Source: Piromyces finnis finn (taxonomy: Eukaryota; Fungi; Neocallimastigomycota). From it: a stretch of DNA of 64,000 nt. The stretch lies in the NCBI GenBank assembly GCA_002104945.1, contig MCFH01000070.1, positions 62,001-126,000 of the forward strand, in the 5' to 3' direction. Under the pieces are notes generated by a model. It was given only the letters and a program-made list of their open reading frames with translations, was not told the DNA's origin and did not search any database. The translations under genes were made by a program, and so were the position numbers. Below, one piece after another: positions 52,501 to 64,000 of this stretch (the first letter of the stretch is position 1; every line of letters begins with the position of its first letter).

Positions 52501-55500
52501 ATGGGAAATGTTGAAAGTATAGGTGAGTTTTTGTTAAATAATTTTATTTAAAAGTATCTGTAACAACAATAAAAGTTATAAAAAGTGTAACAGAATTGTT
52601 TTTTTTTTTTTAAATAAAAGTAAAAAAAGTATTTTAAGAGAATGTAGTAATAATATTTTCTAATACTAATTTTTATTTATTTACTTTATATATATATTTA
52701 TAAATATAACTATATTTACACAATTAATAGTTGAGAAAAACATTAATAATATTTCAAATGATTTTTCTAATAACCATCACGACAACGACAATACTATTTT
52801 AAATAACAATGGTCAAACGGAGACTTCTTATAATAATGGAAACTCATATAATATAGATACTAATAATTATAATGGCTTCAATACCAATAATAATAATTAT
52901 GATGGTACAAATAATAACAATGGTATTGGAGAAAATACAAATACAAATACTTATAATTATTATAATTATGATAATGGTTTTGTTAACGACGATATAAATG
53001 ATATAGGAACTATTGTGTATAATAACTATGATGATAATAGTTATTATGGAGGTAATGGATTTGTAAATAATAATGATAATACCCATCAGTCCACTTCACA
53101 AAGTCAAAACACCAATCAACAAAATCAATCAGCAAACCAATTTGATTCTTTAAATAATCAAATGTCCTCAAATCCAAATTATGAAGATAATTATTCAACA
53201 ATTACAAGCAACATATCTACTCAAACTTACCAAGAAACCTCAGCAACGTCTATAGAGGAAAATAATGTAACACCTAGTACAAATACAACGTCACAAACAC
53301 AAAATGCATTTAACAATAATTCTTCAAATAATTCAAATTCATTTGAATGGATTAATAATACTGTATTTTCAATAAATGGTTTTGATATTACTTATTTATA
53401 TATAATCATTGCTTCGGCATCAGCAATATTGCTATTTTCATTATTACTTTTAATATGCGTTATTTTAATAAGAAGACGTAAAAATAAGAAAAAAACTTTG
53501 GAGCTTATTGATATTAATAATCCGAGTAACCTTCGTAATATGTTGGATGAAAACACTTCAAGTAAGAGTGATTGCGATAGTAATTATAATCATACCAATG
53601 ACAACTATACTGAGGGAAATGTTGTTTCCGAAAGTAATAATACTAATAGTAAAAATAAAATTAATGATAAAAATGATAACTATTTTGAATATAATGATTA
53701 TCCAGAGTTTAAAGATTATAAAAACTATATGGATTATCCAGATAGCCCAAAGCAACCTCATATTACGCAACATTTCCAAACTTTACCAAATCCAAAAGCT
53801 GTATACCCTACAGGAAAAACAATCGATGCTTTTCAACCAAATTACACTAGAATGTCAACCCCATCGTTTCCAACTTCAACTTCTAGTCCAAGTCAACTCT
53901 ACCGTAAGAGTAGTATTGTTAGTACAAAGTATGATTGTGAATTTGATTCTGGATACAATTTCTATAGTCAAAATATGAAATTAAATAAGTCAATGTTGAA
54001 AAGTAATAGTATAAAAAGTAAAAAATATAAAAAATCACCAATATCTAATTTTATTGATTTAAACAATAATAATAATAATAATAACGAATATAATAATGCT
54101 GAGGATAGTCCAAAATCAAAATTAACTCAGATTACGGATTTATATGACAATCAAAATAACAACAATAATCACCACAATAAAAACTATTTAAAAAATGACA
54201 TTAATAATTATAATAATGATAATAGAAATATCGATAATAACAATAAGGATAGTTTATACCCACAAGAAAATGAAATTGGTAATATCTACAGAAATTTATT
54301 TGCTGAAAAAAGATTCAAAACAATGCCACAAAGAAATAGTCAAAAGCAAATTTCAAAAAATGATTTTGGAACAAATGCTAATGATACCAAAATGAGAAAA
54401 GAGACTATGAATGTTATCCCTCCAAAGGATAATTATCCAATAAATCAAAACTATCCATTAGATTTTCTTTATCAACAACCTCAAAAACTTAATGCACTTT
54501 CACCTATTAAAAATTCATTACCCTCCTACATGTCTTACGATAATTTAAATTCCGTTAATAAAATGATATCACCTACAACTCGTTTATACAGTACTCCGGT
54601 AAATTCCACAAATCCAGTTACAAATAATGGTAATATTGTGTATCCACCCATCACAATGTTGAATGATGAGGAATTGATTAATGAGCAAAGTAGATATCCT
54701 GTTGATCAAGATTATAATGCTATTTATTCATATCAACCTGTAGTTAGTGATGAATTGTATATTACAATTAATGATCGTATTCATTTGTTACAAACCTATT
54801 CAGATGGATGGGCTTATGGCAAGAATGTTACTACTGGAAGGTTAGGTGTATTCCCGCTAAATCGTTTATCCAGTGTTAAAAAGAATCGTTCATCAAGTAC
54901 TTCTGTTAGTAACGGTAGTAATCGTATATCTAGTAGTGTTAAAAGTGATAGAGAAAGTGAAAAGACAAAGGTTAATGTTAATGCTGCTATAAGTGAATAT
55001 ACAAATTCTGGTAATAAAAAGAGTCTTTCCTATTCACTTTCAAAGCTTCAAGGTAAAAATGCAAGTCAAGAAACATTAATTAACAATAGAAATTCTCATA
55101 GTAATTCAAGTACAGACGCCAATCCTTCTTCAAGTAAAGTCAAGCCAAAGAAAAGTCGTACTTTAATCATTAAAAATTTTTCGGATGAGGACCTTCGTGA
55201 CAAAAGTCAATCAACTGTTCTTTCTGGTAAAGCTGACAGCAAATTTGAAATATCTAGTCTTGAAAGAAAGAAAGACAATAGTTTAAGTCAAAGTCGTCAA
55301 AACAATGAAAAGTCCTATTTCAGTAATTTCCACCAAGATTCTAAAATACGAGAAATAAAAAAAGAAAACGAAAAAGAAAAAAAAGATGATTTAGAGTTAA
55401 ATTTAAATTCTATTTCAAGATTAAAAATCGATTTTGACGATTTAATGACTGATTCATCATCATTCCCCAAACAAAACAAAACTAAAACTAAAAATTATTT

Positions 55501-55525
55501 TTCGGATATCCCAATTCTTTATTAA
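52501..55525 (+). CDS. Single-pass membrane protein with cytoplasmic SH3 domain (Fus1-like architecture)
   Basis: Exon 1 (52501-52522, MGNVESI, donor gtgagt) splices in phase to 52731, which is open into the 836-codon ORF. TM helix ITYLYIIIASASAILLFSLLLLICVILI followed by RRRKNKKK. SH3: YNAIYSYQPVVSDELYITINDRIHLLQTYSDGWAYGKNVTTGRLGVFPLNRL. Confidence 0.8.
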
Positions 55526-58371
55526 AATCAATATTATCAATAATATATAATATATATACATTTTTTCATAAAATATCTTATATTTTTATATAACAAAATA
55601 CCATTATACATTTATATAAATATTATTTCAATATCATTATACTATTAATTTTTTTTCTTAACCCCACAATCACATAAATATCAATTTCCATGTTTTATTG
55701 TATTAAAATAATAGAGAAATGGTCATTTAAAATAGACAAATATTAATAATACTTATTTATTTTTTTTAATATAAAATATATTTTATCTTTTTTTTTTTTT
55801 AAAAAAAAAAAGAAAAAGAAAAAAGGCCTATGAAAATTAAAACATAGATGATTATAATATATAGTTGAAAAAAAAAAAATGAAGACTAATTTCAACTTTT
55901 TTTTTTTTACTATTATTATAATCGCTATATATATATATTTTTAATCATTTATACCTTTTTTTTTTTTTTTAATAATTTAAATATCATATATTATTATCAT
56001 TAGTAATATTCATTATCAGTTATTTAAGCAATATAAATATATGTTATAGTAGAATAAGACAATGATAAAAAAAAAGATTATTCTTAATATATTTAATTAT
56101 TCAAATTTAAATATTCAATACAAATTTTGTTAAAGGAAAAAACATTATTCATTATATAAAAAGTAATATATAATATTAAAAAATCAAATTAAGAAACGAA
56201 GAAAATAAAAACAAAAGAAAAACAAAAAAACAAAAAAAAAAAAAAAACATAAAGAAAAAAAAAATAATAATAATAATAATAAAAAAAAAATATTTATTTA
56301 ATTATAATCAAGCTTTTTTAGAATTAAATTTACTGTGTATTTTTTTTTTTTTTTCTTGAAATACTTTATTGTAAAATTATTTCAATCAATTATTAAATAA
56401 TGATGTTTTTATTCTAATGTTAGGCTTAATTCATTAGGGATAATGAAGATAATAAAAAGTAAAGAGTTTCATTTTATTTTTTATATTGAAAAAATTAATT
56501 CATTGTATCATTTATAACTATAATAGGTTCACTTTATAAACATTTATATTCAATTTAAATAATAACATAAAAGAATTTGATAATATAAATTATTATGCCT
56601 ATAAACATATATTTATTTATTTTTTTATTTTCATTGCCCTATTATTTTTATAAATAAAAATGGTATAGTATAATATATACTTCAAAATTGTAGGAAAACT
56701 TTAAAATCTTTAAAAAAAAAAAAAAAAGGGATATTCTATATTTTTTTATTACCCATTCTGTAACCCAACATCAACGATTAAAAACAAAAATTTAATTTAT
56801 ATATAATATTTTTTTTTAAAAAAAAAATAAAAACTATAATAAAGAAAAAAGGATATAGAATAAACTTTTTAATTTATAATATTATATTAACACTTTCAAA
56901 AACAAATAAAAATAAATTTTTGCATCAACTAATTTTACTTTATTTTTTTTTTTTCATTTTTTCATTCATTCTATTCATCAACTACTTGTTATATTAAGAT
57001 TAAGATTTTATAGATTGAATTTTAATATATATAATAAAAGAATAAAAACTATTGAATTAAATAAATGTAATTTCTTTTTTTATGTCTATTTTTTTATTCA
57101 TGGGATGATACACCAATACTACATTTTATTAATTATATGAAAAATTTATACTTTATTAAATTTCAATTTTATTTTTCAAATATTAATAATTATTTTTTTT
57201 TAAAAAAAATTTATTTTTTATATAATTATAGAAATAGTTAATCAAAAAAAAATATTATTAAATACATATACGTCAAAAATATAAAGGTTAGTATAAACTA
57301 GATATATTTGTTTTCTTTCCTATGAAATTCTTAGTTGAAACCTTTTCTATACCTATTAATTAAAATAATATTTATTTTATAAAATAATTTAATTATATTT
57401 TTTAACAATATTAAATTTTATAAATCTAAAATAAATTAAATATAAAATATTTTTTTAATTAATCTTTTTTAATAAATGAAAAAGATTAATATTTAAACAT
57501 TAGGTGAAAATTTAGTTTCTTTTTTTTTATTTACCTTTGTATTATTATCATCAATGGAATATAATGTTAACTTTTTCTATACTTTTTTTATTCATTATAT
57601 CAAGAAAAACATTCTTTTTTTTTTTAAAACTTTTATATTTTAATTTTTCCATTTTATAAATTTTTTTTTTAATCTATTTTTTTTATTAATAAAAATATAT
57701 TGCAGATTTTTAATAAATTTTAAATATTTTTAAATTTCTTTATTTGGAATTAATTAAATAATATATTAGATATTAAATTTTTTAAACTAAATCAGTATAT
57801 TGTAATATATTGTAAACTTTAACATTTGTATATATAATATATCTATTTTTTTTTTACCCAAGGAAAGTTAATTTTAATTAATTATAAAAGTTAAATATTT
57901 TTTAGGGTAACTATAATCACTAGTAAAAAGTAAAATAAAAATATTTTCTTATGAAGTAATACATTCATATTCTATTTTGTATTAACTCTTCAATAAAAAG
58001 TATATTATTATGATAAGAAATAATATATTTGATATCATATTAATGATTTAATAATAAGAATAAATTTTTTTTATTCAATAATAAAAGATAATAATCAATA
58101 TATCTAAATTAAATAATATATTTTATATCAACTATTTAATTAATCTTTTTCACATTAACATTTGTTTTTATTTTATATTTATTTTTTTTTTAATTATTCT
58201 TATTCACTTTTTTTTTTTTAAAAAAAAGTAACTTTTTTAATTATTACTTTAAAAGGATAATAATAATTTTAATATAAAAATAATTAATGTTTTTTTTTTT
58301 TATAATCACTTTCCATTTTTAGTATAAAATAAATTTTTAATTTTATTATTTTTTAGTATTCTTTTTCTTTT

Positions 58372-58411
<40 letters not shown>

Positions 58412-59861
58412 TTTATATACAAAAAACTAATATATATAAAAAAAATGAAATAAAAATAATAAAATACTTTTGAAAATACCAACAACAACAATTATAATTT
58501 ACAATAATTTACAATGAAAAACGAAGTATAAAAAAATAAATTATAAGAGATTAAATAATAAGATATATATATATAAAATCATAAGCGATATCAAATACTA
58601 TTTTTTTTTCTTTATGTCTTACTCTATTGAAATTACAATTTTTAAAGTATATAAAGGAAAAGAGAAAGAGAAAATTGTTTAAGGAATAGAACATACATAG
58701 TGTATATATATTAAAAAAAAAACAAACCTTACTCAATTTAAATTTAATAATTTAAAAATAATCATTAAATTTCAACGAATAAAAAAAAAAAAGAATAATT
58801 GTTGTAAAGGCAAAGGATCATTTTAAAAAATAAAATAAGATAATAAAAAGTTTTCCAAAAAAAAAACTTATTATATATGTATAAAATTATAAAATTATTA
58901 TAGCAAGTGGAGAACCTTTTTTTATTTTTCAATTTAAAAAAAAGTATAGAATATTTCTTAATTTCAATGTAGAAATTTAAAACTATTATATAAAAGAAAC
59001 ATTCTTATTTTTAATTATATTGAATATAATAAACAATAATTATACTGCATGTTAAATAAGCATTCAAATAAATAAACAAAAGAAATACAAACAATAGTCA
59101 AATTGTGTATAAATAAGCAAATTCATATTGGATATATTTTCAATTTTTTTTTTTTTATTAAATATATTTTAAAACTTTATTCTTCCCAAACCTTTTTTCC
59201 TTTTTTTTTTTTTTAAAAGAAAAGTTGAAAAAAAGTAAAATAATTAAATTTATACATGTCAAAGTATTAATTTAGTTTTAACATACTATTTTATAAGAAC
59301 TATTTTTTAATAACCATTTATTATTCAGTTTCATTTATCAACAGAATTACAAATAAAAAAAAAAATACAAGAAAATAAAAATAAAATAAGTAAATAAATC
59401 AATAAATATAGAAGAAAAAAAAAAAAAAGTAAAATAAGTATATTCAATAATAAAGAATATCAAGAAATTTAAAAAAGATTATCACAATAAAATAATAAAT
59501 AAATAACTTTAAATATCACAATATACTTGTTTTTTTTCCTATTCTATAAAGAGAATAAAATAAACATTCATTCTATTTCATATTAGTTCAATTATAAAAA
59601 CGATAATAGTTAAAAGAAACAAAATCCATAGAACAATAATAATATAAAAAATTAAATATTTAAAATAAAATTATACGTTATATATATTTTATTGTTAGTT
59701 CTACTCATCCTTATATTAATAGAAAAAAAGTATAGAGAAGAGGAAAAAAATTAAAGAAAAGATAAATAAAAACAACTATATAAAATCTACTGTTTTTTTT
59801 TTTATAATCAAATTCAAAGTCTATCGTTTTTTTTTCTTTATAATTAATATATGTATTAAAA

Positions 59862-60622
59862 ATGCTAGTAAAGGGTGGTTTATTTGGTGAGGATGATGAT
59901 TCATACTTGGCTATGTTATTACTACAGGTAATATTCCTTTTATTTTATATTAATAGGCATAGTTATAATTCTTTTATATTATATATATTGAATTATATAA
60001 TAATGATATCAATAAATATACATATTATATATATATAAAGATGTTAGTAATAATATCATTATCCAGAGCATTAGTATGGTTATTATCAAAAATAGGTCAA
60101 CCTTCTATTCTAGGTCAAATTTTATGTGGTATTATATTGGGTCCAAGTGTTTTAGGACAGTAAATATTCCTCTTTTTTTTTTTTTTTTTTTTTCTGTATT
60201 ATATATATTTATATCAAATCAATAATTAAAATCATTTATATTTATAATTATATTTATATTATATGTATTATATTTAAATATATATTTATAAAATAAAATA
60301 TCAAAATAATTGAAAAAAAAAAGAATACCCGGATATTATAAACATTTTTTCCCGGGAGATTCAATTGAAAATTTATATATGATTTCAGATTTTACAGTAG
60401 TTTTATATATATTTTTAATTGGTCTTGAACTTAATACCAGTAGTGTATTTCAACCTAAAAGAAAATATCCGTTATATATTGGATTTATATCAGTTTTCTT
60501 CCCATTCATCACCGGTTTGGGAATGAGTTTTATTTTCAAAGATGAAGATAATGTTAATGGTACTAGACATACCATCACACACATGCTCTATATTGGTTTG
60601 GTTCTTGCCATTTCAGTAAATA

Positions 60623-60655
<33 letters not shown>

Positions 60656-63600
60656 TAATATAGTATTAAAATTATTATTTATTAATTTATTATAATTAAT
60701 TTTTAAAATTATTAATTTAATATTTATAATAAAGGCATTACCAGTACTATCGAGAATTATTAGTGAATTAGGTTTACTTCAAACAGTTGTAGGTGCTTCA
60801 TCTGTATCCGTTATTACTGTAGATAATTTATTGTATGATTATTACAATGACTAAGAAAAGTGTTTTTAATACTATTGATCCTATAATTATTATATTATAT
60901 TTTTTAAATTGGTTTAAATTAAAACATTACTTTTTTTTCTTATAATCCTAATTTTATTTTATTAATAGATGTTGGGGTCTTTTAATTATTGTTTCAAGTT
61001 TTATTAATTCTACGGCGGATACATTATCTCCTCTTTATATATTTTTAAGTTTAATGGCTGTCGTTATAGTAATGTTTTTTGTTATTAGACCTCTCACTAA
61101 TATATGGATAAAACATTATGAAAGCGAGATTGAACAAGCAGGTGCTGTTAGTGAATTTACTACTTCAGTTATATTCATTCTTCTTCTCTTGTCAAGTTGG
61201 GTCACTCATCGATTTGGTGGACACGCAGTTATAGGTAGTTTTATGTTTGGTCTTATTTTACCGCATGGTCAATTTACAGTAAAAATTACTGAAAAAGTAG
61301 AAGATGTTGTCGTTATCTTTTTATTACCTTTGGTAATATTTATATAAATATATATTTCAATTAAATTTATATATTTATTTTTAGTATATTCTATAATGAT
61401 AGAATTATGTTATATTAACATTTCATTTTAATATTTTATTAAATATATGTATTATAACAATTCAATTTCAAAATATTTATTATAGTATATTGCAGTATCA
61501 GGTTTAAGATCCACATTTGATTTCTTCAGTGATTACATGTTTTGGGTTTGGTTAGTTTTATTATTTGTTGTTTCATCTTTCTGTAAAATAGTTCCTGCTT
61601 CAATTATTGCCAAATTTTGTAAATTCTCATGGAGAGAGTCTTTTTCTCTTGGTATATTATTAAATACTAAAGGGTAAATTATTATACTACTTAGAAAAAA
61701 TATTTAGTTTAATCTATATATATTTAAGTTCACTAAATCAAAATGAATATATTTTGACCTAATAAAAAATAATTATAATTAAAATAATTATTATAAAATT
61801 TTTATTTATTTATTTATTAATAATTATTAAATAAATACTAACATTACAATGTTTATAAAACTTTTTTTTTATTATTTTCTAAAAACGGCGATATCGAAAC
61901 TATATATTAATATTTTTAGTCTTATGGATTTAGTTGTTTTGAATATGGGATTTGATTCACAAATAATTTCTCCAAAAACATACTCACTGTTTATCTTGAT
62001 TACATTGTTAACTACATTTTCAACAACACCATTAATTTCAAAAGTTTATTCACAAAAATATAGAGTACCAATGGCATTAGATGCTCCTATCAATGTTGAA
62101 TTTACAGAAAATACTGAAATGACTAATGAAAATGATAACCATACTGTTAATGATCAATCCAATTATTACAAACTTTTAATTACCATTACTAATACAAAAT
62201 CTTTACCAGGTTTAATGACTGTATTACATCTCTTGAATAATAAACAAATAAAAGGTGCTAATAATCAAAGATTAATGGTTCATTCCCTTCGTGTCATGGA
62301 ATTTTCGGAAAGATCTTCCTCTATTCAAATGGCAACAGATGCCACCACCACTACAAATTTAGATCCTATCTCAACAATATTAAGAACATTTGGACAACTT
62401 AATAATATTAATATTATCGCTAATTTAATTGTTGCTAAACCTTCTGATTTTGCTTCAACTATATCATACTATTCTGAAAATTTCCGTTCGAACATGCTAA
62501 TTATTCCTTTTGATTATAGTGAAACAAATATTGTGGGTACTGCCCAATCAGGATATTTAACATTAGCTAATATATTTGAAAATCCAAATAATCAATCATC
62601 GACATCTATTCAACAACAACAACAACAACAACAGCTACAACAACAACAACAATTTAATCCCGCTCCATCTAAAACATTTAGAAATATAAAATCAGAGTAT
62701 TTACCTGGAATCTGTCATTTATTAAAAAGTAGTTGTTGTCCTGTAGGTATTTTTATTGATCGTGGTTTTGGTCAAGGTCCTGCAATGATGGCTTTAGCTA
62801 ATAATAATAATGAAATTAACTATGCTAATAATGTAACTAACTTTTCAACTATTAATCTCTATACTCAATCTGTTGTGATTATTTTTATTGGTGGTCCAGA
62901 TGATCGTGAAGCTCTTAAATTAGCCACTCGTATAGCGAAAACAAATAAAGTTCAAGTAGTTATTAAAAGAATTAGACAATCGAGTGAAATGGTCAAATTA
63001 TCTGCTAGAGATCCTACAGATATTGATTATGATATTGGTCCTGAGAATTTAACCTTCCAAAATTCTTTTATTAAGAGTACTTCTCTTCAAACCTATCAAA
63101 AAATGCTTTCAACCTTATCTGAAAGAAAAAGTAATAATAATTCAAATAGGGCCAGTGTTATTTCTGATAGAAAGGCCTCCAATAGTTTAAATAAAAAAGA
63201 TATGAATAGTAATGATTATGAAAAAAATATTAATATTGGATCAGCAACACCAAGAGACGAGAGTAATACCAATAATAATGATGATGATGGAGCAAATGAT
63301 AATGATCGAGCAAGTAAATCAAGTTCCGGAAAAAATTCATTTGATTCTTTATCTTTATTATCAAAACCTTCTATTGCAGTGTCTATGTCTACTAGTGATG
63401 CTTCCTCTAGCAATTCAAATTCACATGAAAAACTTCCAGACGATAAAAAAGAAATAATGCCACCAAAAATTGATACTTCTTTACCTTCCACTAGAAACAA
63501 TACTCAACCATCATCCAAAGAAGTAACACCAGTGTCAATAAATATGCCAGATGTTCAAAATCAACCACCACCACCACAACAAAATAATTCTAATAATAAA

Positions 63601-64000
63601 ACGGCTGGTCTTATTAAGAGAGGAACACTATTAGGTAAAATCATTAGAAGTAGAAAGAATACAGCTGACAGTAATCGTCAATCTGTCTCATCGACCAAAA
63701 AAGGAGAAGAAAATAATGAAGAAGAAGTTAAGGGTAGTAATGAATCTTTCTCTATTGAAATTGAAGTTGATTCCTATGAAGATAGAATAGCATTTAAGGA
63801 AATTAAAAAATTGTTAAGTAAACCTAATTCTCATATTTCAATAGAAGATGTCATTATTAATTCAAAAGATCAATTAATTGATGCTTGCATTGATTTAGTT
63901 AATAGTATTGGTAAAAAAGATCTTCTTATTATTGGAAGAGAAAGTTTTATATCGGATAATAATGAGGTAAAAGAAAATGATATTGCTAATAGTAGACCAA
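59862..64000 (+). CDS. KHA1: Cation/H+ exchanger-family membrane protein, fungal Kha1 / plant CHX type; runs off the 3' end
   Basis: Seven exons with many hydrophobic helices: GQPSILGQILCGIILGPSVLG, LYIFLIGLELN, SALPVLSRII, GHAVIGSFMFGLILP, LNTKGLMDLVVLNMG. The CHX-type cytosolic tail has CPVGIFIDRG and FIGGPDDREAL. The last exon, from ~61920, appears open to the window end. Confidence 0.85.

Noticed and set aside
57907-57916. GTAACTATAA, matching part of the LSU rRNA / I-CeuI site
   Set aside because: Only 10 AT-rich bases match and the flanks show no rRNA similarity.

Overview
Extremely AT-rich (roughly 15-20% GC by eye), intron-rich eukaryotic DNA. Base composition, long poly-A/T intergenic tracts, GT-AG introns of about 80-250 nt and fungal-type housekeeping genes point to an anaerobic gut fungus (Neocallimastigomycota); this is an inference. 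I reconstruct 14 spliced protein-coding genes: a 5'-truncated F-BAR/SH3 Cdc15/Hof1-like gene, SLH1/ASCC3, orphan A, VPS54, a ZFAND4-like UBL-AN1 gene, GLE1, orphan B, SGT2, a POS5-type NAD(H) kinase, FCF1, a coiled-coil protein of unknown function, MAK11, a single-TM SH3 protein, and a 3'-truncated KHA1/CHX-type antiporter. I found no tRNA, rRNA, CRISPR array or intact mobile element. The window is mostly ordinary housekeeping sequence and I see no convincing new multi-gene system. The best leads are at residue or exon level: (1) the antiporter has DN where this family has ND/DD at the ion-binding site; (2) a hidden first exon gives the TM-SH3 protein an MGxxxS myristoylation-like start on what should be its non-cytosolic end; (3) the Pos5-type NADH kinase has a mitochondrial-type presequence and may be hydrogenosomal; (4) SLH1 needs an 11-nt micro-exon to stay in frame; (5) FCF1 appears to have an ATG-only first exon. 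Exon boundaries were read by hand and need RNA-seq confirmation.
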